Position numbers and translations under genes: made by a program
Part shown: positions 1 through 12,129 of the stretch, in pieces
Numbering within the stretch: position 1 is the first letter of the stretch
Layout of the letters: each line of letters begins with the position of its first letter
Notes under the pieces: model-generated
Told to the model about the DNA's origin: nothing
Databases searched by the model: none
The model's input: only the letters and a program-made list of their open reading frames with translations
DNA from: Planctomycetaceae bacterium
GTDB lineage: Bacteria > Planctomycetota > Planctomycetia > Planctomycetales > Planctomycetaceae
Length of the DNA stretch: 64,000 nt
NCBI GenBank assembly: GCA_035687365.1
Contig: DASRXU010000226.1
Location: 4,911-68,910, forward strand
Reading direction: 5' to 3'

Positions 1-1124
<1,124 letters not shown>

Positions 1125-1199
1125 ACTGCATTCTCCTTTGTCGATCGTCGTCATTCTTGAGCTGTTCCGCGAAAGGATTCGTTCGGCGCTGCCCCAGGG

Positions 1200-1574
1200 T
1201 CATTTGAACTTCGGACGAGCTGTCCCCCACAGGAGGATGGCACCAACCACGAGCAGCCAGAACGGAATCACGCCCAGGCCAGGAATGGCCTCCAAAACAA
1301 GCCCCGGCAAAAGCAGCCACTGCCAGCCAAGCACGGCAAACAGCAGTATGGCCGTGAGCACGTCCGTGGCCCAGACAGCCGGTGGAGCAAACACCACAAA
1401 TCCGCACACCGCGTCCGAGATGGCCGCGATGCCCAGCGCCAGGAGAATCTGTCGCTTTGAGAAACGCAGAGCGCTTCCTCGGCCGGTCTTTGCACTCGAC
1501 ACGTCAGAATTCTCGACACCCGGGGCGGGGAGCTTCGTTCCGTGTTGGCCGTTGTCGGTCAAGGCATCTGACAT
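1200..1574 (-). CDS. Small integral membrane protein, function unknown
   Basis: 124-aa ORF. Hydrophilic N-terminus followed by hydrophobic stretches (ILLALGIAAISDAVCGFVVFAPPAVWATDVLTAILLFAVLGWQWLLLPGLVL...FWLLVVGAILLW). Co-directional with neighbours at short spacing. Confidence 0.5.
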   Translation of the reverse strand: MSDALTDNGQHGTKLPAPGVENSDVSSAKTGRGSALRFSKRQILLALGIAAISDAVCGFVVFAPPAVWATDVLTAILLFAVLGWQWLLLPGLVLEAIPGLGVIPFWLLVVGAILLWGTARPKFK

Positions 1575-1667
1575 GCTCGTCCCGATCCGTTTTGCGATCC
1601 GCCCCTTCCGCCGACCAAATTCCGTATGGTCGGCAGACAGGGGATCGATGCGTCGCTTACTCGTCGA

Positions 1668-2438
1668 CTAGCGCATCCTCCCTCCGAAGCCGCCGCCGAA
1701 ACCACCGCGAAAGCCACCGTCGCCCCCGCGGAATGCCGCAGCGCCGCCACGATCACCTTCGAATCCACCGGCACCGCCGCGAAACGCCGCACCGCCGACG
1801 CCAACGGCTCCGACCGGGTAGCCGACTCCTCCGACTGGTACGCCGTAGGGTTGCTCGGGCACCACCTGTGACACGCCTTCGTCCGACGGAAGTGCGTTGT
1901 AGTAACCCGCAGCCGCCGCGTTGTTAGCCGCGGCACCGTATGCGGCTGCACCGTAGGCTCCAGCTGCGGCGGGATAGGCACCGACCGCGCCGACAGCAGC
2001 GTTCGGGTGGTAAGCACCGGCCGCTCCATAAGCGGCCCCGTTCGGGTGATATTCGCCCGCTGCGCCGTACGCTCCGTTCGGGTGATAGCCACCCGCTTGG
2101 CCGTTGTAACTGCCCTCGTGGCTGCCGCTATAGTTGTTGCCGTTGTAGCTGCCCTGGCGGCTGCCGCTGTAACTGCCTCCGCTGGAACTTCCTTCGTGGC
2201 TGCCGTTGTAATGATTTCCGCTGTAGCTGCCTTCGCGGCTGCCGCTATAACCGCTGCCTCGGTTGTAGCTGCCTTCGTGGCTGCCACTATAGTGGTTGCC
2301 GCTGTAACTCCCTGAGTGACTACCGCTATAGCCGCCACCATTATGCGTGCCTCCAAAGCCGCGAGCGTGGACATCGGTGGGCGAAACAACAGTGAACGTC
2401 AACACGGCCGCAGTGCCGATCAGCAGATTCTTGATCAT
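1668..2438 (-). CDS. Secreted Gly/Ser/Tyr/His/Asn-rich low-complexity protein with C-terminal RGG/FGG tail
   Basis: Signal-peptide-like start MIKNLLIGTAAVLTFTVVSPTDVHA. Then GSHEGSY-type repeats, three YHPN(G/A)A repeats, and the tail FRGGAGGFEGDRGGAAAFRGGDGGFRGGFGGGFGGRMR. The same-strand alternate frame (1559-2389) has no signal peptide. Confidence 0.6.
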   Translation of the reverse strand: MIKNLLIGTAAVLTFTVVSPTDVHARGFGGTHNGGGYSGSHSGSYSGNHYSGSHEGSYNRGSGYSGSREGSYSGNHYNGSHEGSSSGGSYSGSRQGSYNGNNYSGSHEGSYNGQAGGYHPNGAYGAAGEYHPNGAAYGAAGAYHPNAAVGAVGAYPAAAGAYGAAAYGAAANNAAAAGYYNALPSDEGVSQVVPEQPYGVPVGGVGYPVGAVGVGGAAFRGGAGGFEGDRGGAAAFRGGDGGFRGGFGGGFGGRMR

Positions 2439-2532
2439 CGATTTTGTCCCTATGAAGCGTGTGCGAATTGATTCAAAACAATGTGTGCTTGGTGTTCGTC
2501 ATCTCGGGCGGCAACATGCCGCTTGGGAACTG

Positions 2533-3486
2533 TTAGGCGCCGGCTTTCTTGACGCTGCGTTTGAAAATCACTTCCTTTAAATCGGGAAGTCGAACGCCTC
2601 CCAAAGTGCGATCGGTCGATTTCAACGAGAGGGTGTCATCGTCCAACTTTTGGAAAACTTTGACAGCGGTCGTCTTGGTTCCGTCACCGAGCACACCCGA
2701 AGACTGTGACCACCAGCCGTTCGCGATCGGTTTCCATGTGTCCTTGGCGTAACCCGAGTCGGAGGAGAAGTTCCACGAGGTCAGCTGCTTCGTTTCGGGA
2801 TCCCAGCCGATAATCTGCGTCCCCGATGCCGAAGGAAGTCCCGCGGTAGTGACCTGGTAGGTGCGTTCGACAAAGCTCTTGTTCTTCATCCAGCGGCACG
2901 TGGTTTCGATCCGCGTGTCTCCCTCTCCCGCCTGCCAGGTGCCGATCAGCCATTCGAAGTCGTCCAGCTTGTGATAGTTGGACGGGCTGGCAACCTTCAT
3001 GTCGTGGACGGACGATAACATCCACTTCCCCTCGTTCAGCACGTAGATCGCCGTATAACGGCTGGACCCCGGCGCTCCCGCGGGGGGCGGTTGGATCATG
3101 GCGCGGCCATCTTCGACCGCAGTCGACTCGTTGATCACGCGCACCGAGTCGGTGACGCTACTGATCTTGGCTTGCGGATTGGCGGCGAAAAACTCGGCGT
3201 ATTCCTTCTTGATCACGTCGCGGCCCAGATAGCGCTGCCCGTCTTCGTCGATGTATTCGGCGTCGGCAGTCCACAGACCGGCGACTTTGTCGGCGTTGCC
3301 GGTGTTGAAGGCTTGATCGAAGTCGGAGGCCGCCTTGCGGACCGCGAGTTCGGCCGGAGATTGGGATTTGGCAGGAGTCGTTTCCTTAACGGGCGCCGAC
3401 TCTTTGACGGGCTCCGCGGCCCCAACGAGTTCGGCAATGGCAAGAACAAAGGCGATTCGCACGATCATCGACAATGGACGTTTCAT
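2533..3486 (-). CDS. Secreted NTF2-like (SgcJ/EcaC / DUF4440-type) protein with a second C-terminal beta-rich domain
   Basis: Internal start MKRPLSMIVRIAFVLAIAELVGA at 3484-3486 chosen over the 463-aa ORF. Its ATG overlaps the upstream gene's stop as ATGA. Pattern AVRKAASDFDQAFNTGNADKVAGLWTADAEYIDEDGQRYLGRDVI...YVLNEGKWMLSSVH is typical of SnoaL/DUF4440 folds. C-terminal half begins FEWLIGTWQAGEGD. Paralog at 27966-28904. Confidence 0.75.
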   Translation of the reverse strand: MKRPLSMIVRIAFVLAIAELVGAAEPVKESAPVKETTPAKSQSPAELAVRKAASDFDQAFNTGNADKVAGLWTADAEYIDEDGQRYLGRDVIKKEYAEFFAANPQAKISSVTDSVRVINESTAVEDGRAMIQPPPAGAPGSSRYTAIYVLNEGKWMLSSVHDMKVASPSNYHKLDDFEWLIGTWQAGEGDTRIETTCRWMKNKSFVERTYQVTTAGLPSASGTQIIGWDPETKQLTSWNFSSDSGYAKDTWKPIANGWWSQSSGVLGDGTKTTAVKVFQKLDDDTLSLKSTDRTLGGVRLPDLKEVIFKRSVKKAGA

Positions 3487-3887
3487 GATTTGATTTCCAA
3501 GAGAGAGAGTTTCAGAGAACTGTGCCGCAGGCAGGCGACACACCAGACGCCCATCACCGTGTGAAGAATCACAGCCGGCCACAACGCCACGCCGTAGAGG
3601 CCATCTCCGATGGCGGCGTAAACGAGGATGGCGGCGACAGCGACGTCGTAGAGCAACATTGCGGCAATCAATCCGTTTGCCGCTCGGCTTTGCGTGTCGC
3701 CGCGAGCCAGCCAGCAGGCAACACCCAAGGTCAGCAACCCCGCCCCGCAGACGCGACCGGCCGTCAACGCAACGGGTCCCTCCAGCGGCGCACCGACCAG
3801 GAACGCCACCGCTACCGAAGGGTAGCTCAGGAGCGCCAATCCGGCTCCCAGTTCGATCAGCGCGCTGACGATTTGCAGGCTTTTCAT
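3483..3887 (-). CDS. Integral membrane protein (about 4 TM helices), function unknown
   Basis: 134-aa hydrophobic ORF (MKSLQIVSALIELGAGLALLSYPSVAVAFLVGAP...). Its stop overlaps the downstream start (ATGA), implying translational coupling. Confidence 0.6.
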   Translation of the reverse strand: MKSLQIVSALIELGAGLALLSYPSVAVAFLVGAPLEGPVALTAGRVCGAGLLTLGVACWLARGDTQSRAANGLIAAMLLYDVAVAAILVYAAIGDGLYGVALWPAVILHTVMGVWCVACLRHSSLKLSLLEIKS

Positions 3888-3996
3888 GGGGGAAGAACTG
3901 CGCGACAGGACGTAGCAGACACACTAAGGACGCTTTTTCAGCTTAAAATCGATGGGCGGACGGCCCTTGCGAGCCGCCCGCCGGGAATAATCCGAT

Positions 3997-5850
<1,854 letters not shown>

Positions 5851-5967
5851 TATTATTTTTCTCCAAATGTAGGACTCTGAATGATCGGGCTGGAAACACT
5901 CCGACCCGACTGCCCCAACTTAGTGCGGCCTCTCTTGGCTGCTCCGTGGCTCGTGTGCGTGCCTTCT

Positions 5968-6738
5968 TTATTGGCCAATCAGGGAAAGGGCGTTGCGAAG
6001 TGGCGTGCTCGAAATCTGAATCAGCCCACCGAAGGGCTCGTCCAAGTCGACGATTAGAAACATGGCGCCGGCTACCGACAGGGCGCAGACGAAAAGGGCG
6101 GAGATCACGGTCGGGTTCAACGGACTGAACAATCCGAAACCTGTGAAGAGCACGGTGAGCCAGAACACCACCACGACCAGAAACGCCGTCGGGATGGCGC
6201 TCTCGTTTTCCTCGATCAAGAGCCAGCGGCTTCTGGCAAGATCGGTCGTGATCTGCAAGGCTTGGGACTGGGCCCAGCGCTGCCCCTCGTTCTTGGGCGA
6301 AAGATCTCGAATTTGATCAATCAGCGATCCGCCGCTGGCCGTCAGTGATGAATCCCCCAACCCCGACTTCTTTGAAGCGTCGCCCGGCCAGAGGTGTTCG
6401 ATGTTCGAGGCGACCAATCGCCGGAGTGCCTCCCGCGCACCTTTCGTTTCGGGTCCGTAGCGGGCCAGTGCATGGTCCAGCAGCACGAGATTGGCGGCCA
6501 ATTGCTGGAAGCCGGTCCGCTGTCCATCGAACGAACTCTTTGCCGACGCGATCAAGAGGCCGAGAACGAGAGCGGCAAGCGTCGCGATCAGGCCCATTCC
6601 CAACTTGACGACATCTTTCGAGTCTGGGCTCACATGATGCTCGGGAAGGACCGCGCGCAACATCATCCCCACGAGCGCACCGCCGAAGGTGCACGCAAAA
6701 ACGATCCCTCCAATCGCAATCGACTCCACGCAGAACAC
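5968..6738 (-). CDS. DUF4239-like (bestrophin-like) membrane protein
   Basis: 256 aa. N-terminal TM pair, central soluble helical region, and C-terminal TM pair (AFLVVVVFWLTVLFTGFGLF...ALFVCALSVAGAMFLIVDLDEPFGG). The family assignment is from memory of DUF4239 architecture. Confidence 0.55.
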   Translation of the reverse strand: MFCVESIAIGGIVFACTFGGALVGMMLRAVLPEHHVSPDSKDVVKLGMGLIATLAALVLGLLIASAKSSFDGQRTGFQQLAANLVLLDHALARYGPETKGAREALRRLVASNIEHLWPGDASKKSGLGDSSLTASGGSLIDQIRDLSPKNEGQRWAQSQALQITTDLARSRWLLIEENESAIPTAFLVVVVFWLTVLFTGFGLFSPLNPTVISALFVCALSVAGAMFLIVDLDEPFGGLIQISSTPLRNALSLIGQ

Positions 6739-7189
6739 CTCTCATGACTAACGACGCTCTTTCGGAGCTGTGCCGATGTCACCGGGCAGAAAGTTAGAGA
6801 ACGGAATTACGATTGTTTTGTGCGCCCGGAGGCAACAAGCCCATCCCGACCGCTGTGCCTCAAAAACGAAAGCACAAAGCTGCGAAGGTTCAGCCGGAAT
6901 TCAAGCCCGCTCGACCAAGAGAAGTCGAGGCTCACATAGAATGGGACGAATCCAGTCCGGTTAGACTCACGCAAAGAAGGGCAGTCACTGCCGCCAACGC
7001 TTGCCGATCATCAGCAAGCCACGATCATCTGAAGCGCCGGAGCGCCGAAGTCAACGAGATATCGAGGTCGCGTCGAGCAGGGAATAGTTAATTCCACGCA
7101 CGCTTGTGTGGGGGATCTACGTACAGTAGGAACGGTCCAAGAAGCGTTGTCTTTTCGATTTCTAATGAGCCCCGAGGCGTGAGCGGGAT

Positions 7190-7216
7190 CTCGAGCGCCC
7201 CTGATGGGCGCTCGAG
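7190..7216 (-). terminator. Stem-loop immediately downstream of sulfatase 7229-9112
   Basis: Perfect 11-bp inverted repeat CTCGAGCGCCC/GGGCGCTCGAG with a 5-nt loop, 13 nt after the stop. There is no clear U-tract. Confidence 0.45.
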
Positions 7217-7228
7217 TACCAGAGTCCA

Positions 7229-9112
7229 TTAATCGCCGTGGTGGGCCTTGATCACCGCCTCGATCTGCTTCTTGATCGCATCCAGGTTGAACGAAGCCGG
7301 ATCCTGCATCGGCGGATAGTTGATTGCGGTCTGCGCAAGTTTAGCCACCTCTTTCTGGACAAACACAAACCTCCAAAACTCACGCGCGTAGAAGTCATTC
7401 ATGTAGCCCCCGCCGAGATCGTTTAGGCTCTGCTGACCGATCGACGGCGTCCGTTCGAAGGGATCCTGACGGATATTTACGATGGTGGGCATGTCCGTCG
7501 TGACTTTGGGCCCGGGCCAGCCTTGGGGTTGCTGGTAGAACTGGTACTTGAAATCGCCGATCCGGACGGCACCCAGATGCGGGCCGCCAAAATAGAAGAG
7601 TTCTTGACGCTTGGACGGCCCTTTGTCGAGCAGCAAGTCCAACTGGTTGTAGCCGTCGAGGTGGTTCTTGTAGGTCCGATCCCCGAGCTTCACGCCGTTC
7701 AGGAGTTCGTCCGTGATGTTGGGATTGCCCGCAGCGGCAAGCATGGTGGGAAACCAGTCAAGACCGGAAAAAAGTCCGTTTTGAATCGTGCCGGGCTTGA
7801 TCTTGCCCGGCCAGCGGGCGATGCACGGCACGCGGAAGCCGCCTTCCATGACGGTGCCCTTCGTGGCCTTGAACGGCGTCATGCCACCGTCTGGCCAGGT
7901 GAATACCTCGGCCCCGTTGTCAGTGCTGAAGACGACGAGGGTGTTGTCCGCCTCACCGATGTCGTCCAGGTGTTTCATGATGGCGCCGATGGAATCGTCC
8001 ATCTGCTTCATGCCCGCCTCTTCCAGGCCGTAGTTGGTCTGGTAGTTCATCGTCTCCTGGTACTTCGGAGACAAGAACGTGAAGACGTGCATGCGCGTCG
8101 TGTTGTGCCAAATGAAAAATGGTTTGCCATTCTTCTTGGCATCGTCCATGAAGCGATTGGTGTTTTCGACCAACACTTCGTCAAAGGTCTCCATGTCGTG
8201 CTTTGAACCCGGAGGTCCAGCCTGCCAGTGCTGGCGGCCTTCCATGTTCTTGAAGGGACGCAAAGGTCCCTCGTCCACCACACGTTGCTTGCCGACTTTG
8301 CCCCAGCGAGGCATGACTGTGTCGTCGTCAGTGTCGGTCGCCCAGCAATGCACGAGGTTCCGCGGTCCATAGGTCTGGAAGAAAGCCGGGTCCGAGGGGA
8401 ACGAGTACCAGAACGGGTCGGACATGGCGTCGAGGTGGTACAGATAGCCGAAGAATTCGTCGAAGCCATGCAAGGTCGGCAGGAACTTATTCAGGTCACC
8501 TAGGTGGTTCTTGCCGAATTGGCCGGTGACATAGCCCTGCGCTTTCAGGGCCGTGGCGATCGTACAAGCCTTAGCCGGCATTCCGACGTTTGCGCCCGCC
8601 TGCCCCACGGTCGTCAGACCGGTACGGAGAGGAATCTCCCCGGTGATGAAATTGGCGCGACCGGCCGTGCAGCTGGCCTCGGCGTAGTAGTCGGTAAACC
8701 GCATTCCCTCGCGCGCGAGCTTATCGAGATTCGGCGTCTTGCCGGACATGATGCCCTGGTGGTAGGCGCCGATGTTAAACCAACCGACGTCGTCACCCAT
8801 GATGAACAGAATATTTGGCTTTTTGCCTTCGGCCTGCAGGCTAGCGATCTTCGCATTCACCGTACCCATCGCCAGGAGTTGGCTCTTCGCTGAGCCGGTT
8901 GAGCAACAGGCGTGTTCAGTAGGCTTCGAGGCGACACTTGATTCAGTCAATAGCGCAGCGGAAGCACTGCCCATTTTTTCCTTCGCGCTTTGTCGGGACG
9001 GCTCCGCCTTTGCGCTGTGAAATAGGTCAAGCCGGCTCGACGACGCTGCGTAGCCAAGCAGCCCGCCGACCGCCAATACGGCGATCATCTGGGCCCTGGT
9101 GTTTCTGAACAT
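7229..9112 (-). CDS. Sulfatase (S1 family), N-terminal anchor; motif C-T-A-G-R
   Basis: 627 aa. KKPNILFIMGDDVGWFNIGAYH, SCTAGRANFITGEIPLRTGL (Cys codon 8669-8671), GQFGKNHLGD, FSTDNGAE. Confidence 0.9.
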   Translation of the reverse strand: MFRNTRAQMIAVLAVGGLLGYAASSSRLDLFHSAKAEPSRQSAKEKMGSASAALLTESSVASKPTEHACCSTGSAKSQLLAMGTVNAKIASLQAEGKKPNILFIMGDDVGWFNIGAYHQGIMSGKTPNLDKLAREGMRFTDYYAEASCTAGRANFITGEIPLRTGLTTVGQAGANVGMPAKACTIATALKAQGYVTGQFGKNHLGDLNKFLPTLHGFDEFFGYLYHLDAMSDPFWYSFPSDPAFFQTYGPRNLVHCWATDTDDDTVMPRWGKVGKQRVVDEGPLRPFKNMEGRQHWQAGPPGSKHDMETFDEVLVENTNRFMDDAKKNGKPFFIWHNTTRMHVFTFLSPKYQETMNYQTNYGLEEAGMKQMDDSIGAIMKHLDDIGEADNTLVVFSTDNGAEVFTWPDGGMTPFKATKGTVMEGGFRVPCIARWPGKIKPGTIQNGLFSGLDWFPTMLAAAGNPNITDELLNGVKLGDRTYKNHLDGYNQLDLLLDKGPSKRQELFYFGGPHLGAVRIGDFKYQFYQQPQGWPGPKVTTDMPTIVNIRQDPFERTPSIGQQSLNDLGGGYMNDFYAREFWRFVFVQKEVAKLAQTAINYPPMQDPASFNLDAIKKQIEAVIKAHHGD

Positions 9113-9241
9113 GCTGTCCTCCAGTTGAAAGTTCGAGAAGGATTCGGCTCAATGCGTTGGGCCGAATGCCAAAACTTCGTCGCCCGCCACGGGGGGCACC
9201 CCAAAGGGCGCCCGCGGTGAAATTATTTACCTCTTCGGTGA

Positions 9242-11182
9242 TCAGTCGCTCGAATGGCTTGCCTGCTGCACCTGCTTCAGAATGCCGTCGAGGTTGTAGG
9301 TTTCCGGCGCCTGGAGCGGCGGAAACTCCTTGTAAGACATGAGGTGCTTGTACCAGAGCTGCTGACCGATCGGCAGCATGTTCCAGTCGTATTGGAATGC
9401 AGTCACGGGGCCGCCCAATGCGCCGCCCATTCCCATGGCCGTCTTCTGGTCGATTCCGACGGCCTGCTCAAACGGGTCCCGTTTGATGTTCTGGACCAGC
9501 GTGAAGTGAAAAGGAACGAGCGGCATGATCCAGCCAGCCGGTCCCGGCTGCGACATGTTGTAATACATCTTCCAGTTCTTGTAGCGGACCGCGGAAGGTG
9601 TGGCACCTGAGAAGTAGAAGAAGTAATCGCGCGCCGACTTTTCCGACCGTCCTTCGAGATAGGCGAGTTGGTTGACGCCGTCGAGCGTCGTTTTGACGAT
9701 GCCCGGATACTGTCCGGCTTCGATCTGCTTCTTCAGCTCGTCGCCCTTCGCGCCACCGGCCGCTTCAACGAGCGTCGGCAGCCAGTCGAGAGCCGCGAAG
9801 AGTTGGTTCTTGACCGTGCCGGGCTTGATGTGGCCCGGCCAGCGAACGACGCAGGGCGCGCGGTAGCCGCCTTCCCAAGCTTCGCCCTTCTGGCCCTTGA
9901 ACGGCGTCACGCCGCCGTCCGGGAAGCTAATCGCTTCGGCACCGTTATCGGTCGTGAAGACGACGATCGTGTTGTCGAGCTGACCCATGTCTTCGAGCTT
10001 CTTGAGGACATAGCCGATGTTGTCATCCATCTGCTTCATGCCGGCTTCGTTGACGCCCCAATCTTTGCCGCCGGGCTCTCCGACCATCGCCATGTACTTG
10101 TCGGACAAGACGGTGGTGACATGCATGCGGGCCGGGTTGTACCAGACGAAGAACGGCTTGTTGGTTTTCTTGGGGTCGTTGCGATCGAGGAAATCAATGA
10201 CGTGGGACGAGATCTCCTCGTCCACAGTCTTCGAGCGTTCGAGCGTCAGCGGGCCTTCGTCTTTGCCCATCTGTTGCGCCGCGGTGCCGTCACCCGATTT
10301 CATCCAAATGATTGGACGTGGGACGGCCATGCAGACGCCATCCTTAGGGTCGATCGCGCCCGGAGGATCCGGAATTCCGGGAATTGGCTCAACCTTCATA
10401 GGCGGCGCGATGCCCTGCACGGTCGGAGTCTTGTTGATGTCTGGGAAGCTCACTTGCTGCATGGCGTCCAGGTGATACAGGTAGCCCCAATATTCCTGGA
10501 AGCCGTGCGCCGTCGGCAGGGACGCCGGATGGTCGCCCAAGTGGTTTTTCCCAAACTCACCGGTGGAGTAGCCTAGGTCCAACAGAAACTTGGCGATGCA
10601 AGGCGTGCCGGGGCGTAAGTAAGACGGGCTGCCGGGCAACTGCGGCGGGATCATGCCGGTGCGCAGTGGATACATGCCCGTGATGAAGGCGTTGCGTCCC
10701 GACGTGCAGCTCTGCATGGCGACATAGTCCATGAAGATTGCACCCTCGTTCGCGATGCGGTCGATGTTCGGTGTTTCGCCAACCATCAGGCCGCGGTGGT
10801 AACAGGCCGGCTGCATCCAGCCGATATCGTCGCCCATGATGAACAGGATGTTGGGCTTTTTGCCTTCGGCTTGAAGGTTGACCAATTTGGCGTCGACGTT
10901 GTTGACCGCGACGAGTTGCCCGCGAGCAGAGCCCGTGGAACAGCAGGTGTGTCCCGCAGTCTTCGACGTTCCGCTGGGCTGCGCGACGGCCTTTTGGATC
11001 GTGAGTGCCATCGGGGTTGAGGACTGGCGAGAAACGCCCGCGTGTTTTTCACTCACCTTTTGTAGAACTGGCTCGGCTTTCGCGCTGTGGAACACGTCCA
11101 TGCGACTCGACGCGGCGACATAGCCGGCCAGTCCACCCATCGCCAATACGGCGATCATCTGGGCTCGAGGACTTCTCAGCAT
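9242..11182 (-). CDS. Sulfatase (S1 family), N-terminal anchor; motif C-T-S-G-R
   Basis: 646 aa. KKPNILFIMGDDIGWMQPACYH, QSCTSGRNAFITGMYPLRTGM (Cys codon 10706-10708), GEFGKNHLGD, FTTDNGAE. Confidence 0.9.
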   Translation of the reverse strand: MLRSPRAQMIAVLAMGGLAGYVAASSRMDVFHSAKAEPVLQKVSEKHAGVSRQSSTPMALTIQKAVAQPSGTSKTAGHTCCSTGSARGQLVAVNNVDAKLVNLQAEGKKPNILFIMGDDIGWMQPACYHRGLMVGETPNIDRIANEGAIFMDYVAMQSCTSGRNAFITGMYPLRTGMIPPQLPGSPSYLRPGTPCIAKFLLDLGYSTGEFGKNHLGDHPASLPTAHGFQEYWGYLYHLDAMQQVSFPDINKTPTVQGIAPPMKVEPIPGIPDPPGAIDPKDGVCMAVPRPIIWMKSGDGTAAQQMGKDEGPLTLERSKTVDEEISSHVIDFLDRNDPKKTNKPFFVWYNPARMHVTTVLSDKYMAMVGEPGGKDWGVNEAGMKQMDDNIGYVLKKLEDMGQLDNTIVVFTTDNGAEAISFPDGGVTPFKGQKGEAWEGGYRAPCVVRWPGHIKPGTVKNQLFAALDWLPTLVEAAGGAKGDELKKQIEAGQYPGIVKTTLDGVNQLAYLEGRSEKSARDYFFYFSGATPSAVRYKNWKMYYNMSQPGPAGWIMPLVPFHFTLVQNIKRDPFEQAVGIDQKTAMGMGGALGGPVTAFQYDWNMLPIGQQLWYKHLMSYKEFPPLQAPETYNLDGILKQVQQASHSSD

Positions 11183-11359
11183 GTTCGTTCTCCTGTTGCA
11201 GTTTCGAAACGGATGGCCCGAAGCACTTCGGGCCGACGGCCGCGGATTTCGTGGCGCGGTACTTTCACCAGTGGCATCTCGAACGGAAGCAAAAAGTCGT
11301 CTTGAACGTGGCGTCGTGCCGTCGTACTCAGCAACGCGCCCTCGCGTTTAGTAGCGGAC

Positions 11360-12088
11360 TCAGGGCTTCAACTCCCAGGTCTTGAGTTGCTGCCGAGCCG
11401 TCCCGAAGTTACCGAGGTGGTAAACGGACGCCCCCGTCGACGAGAACGTGAACGGCTCAAACTTCTCGTCCAGCATCTTCTTCAGGTAGTCCTGCGTGGC
11501 GAGGCCGATCGTCACGTGCGGATTGAACTTCTCGCCGGTTTCTTTCGGCACGAACGTCGCCACGTAGTCGATGGTCGGCTGGTTGATGTCGGGGTCTTCG
11601 TTCGTCGTGACGAAGGCTGCCGCGGTCCCAGTCTCGACGGTAAACGGCGTGACGGCGTCGATCAGCTTCTTTTGATACTTGAGGAGGTCGTCGGTCGGCT
11701 CGATCACGATCCCGGCAAGGCCCATTTCCTTCCAGGGGATGAAGTAGTACTTGTACGCTTTCAGCTTCCAGGCGGTCGGCTTCTCCTCGGCGAGGACTTT
11801 GCCAACGGCCTCGTACACCTTGTCGAGATCCGCCGTCTTCACGTACCGCTGCAGACAGGAGATATGCGGGTGATGCGACTTGCCCAAGGCGAAGCCCTTG
11901 GGGAAATCCTTGAGCAAGCGCTGATTGGCCTCCGTGGCGTGCTGGACCATCGTGGCGTCGGGCTCGAGCACGATGTCGATCGCTGTGACCGGGCTCGGCT
12001 GCTCAGCCGTCACGGGTTGAGCGGTTCCGAGCAGCAGAGCCGGCAGACCGATAGTCAGTGTGGTGAAGATCTTCAGGCATCGATTCAT
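11360..12088 (-). CDS. Secreted 2H phosphoesterase superfamily protein
   Basis: Start MNRCLKIFTTLTIGLPALLLGTAQPVTA (ATG 12086-12088). Two H-x-(S/T)-x motifs (HPHISCL and NPHVTIGL) at spacing typical of 2H cyclic phosphodiesterase / LigT-like folds. Confidence 0.7.
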   Translation of the reverse strand: MNRCLKIFTTLTIGLPALLLGTAQPVTAEQPSPVTAIDIVLEPDATMVQHATEANQRLLKDFPKGFALGKSHHPHISCLQRYVKTADLDKVYEAVGKVLAEEKPTAWKLKAYKYYFIPWKEMGLAGIVIEPTDDLLKYQKKLIDAVTPFTVETGTAAAFVTTNEDPDINQPTIDYVATFVPKETGEKFNPHVTIGLATQDYLKKMLDEKFEPFTFSSTGASVYHLGNFGTARQQLKTWELKP

Positions 12089-12129
12089 GTGTGACACCCG
12101 TGGGATGGCAGTTCGGAACATTGGCCCGT

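Noticed and set aside
1559-2389. 276-aa minus-strand ORF in the Gly/Ser/Tyr-repeat region
   Set aside because: It is a same-strand alternate frame of 1668-2438. It lacks a signal peptide and overlaps the downstream membrane-protein gene. The 1668-2438 frame was preferred, but this remains a genuine ambiguity in repetitive DNA.
2533-3924. Long N-terminal extensions of ORFs 2533-3924, 25546-26298, 35551-36807 and 18896-19543
   Set aside because: The extensions overlap upstream genes or are Arg-rich with no features. Internal ATGs followed by signal peptides, or by family-typical N-termini, were used instead.
6745-7228. ~480-nt gap with ORFs 6770-6964, 6813-7091 and 7011-7229
   Set aside because: The ORFs are short, basic and mutually overlapping with no motifs or RBS. 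The gap is interpreted as the terminator of the upstream unit (hairpin 7190-7216) plus the promoter region of the next unit.
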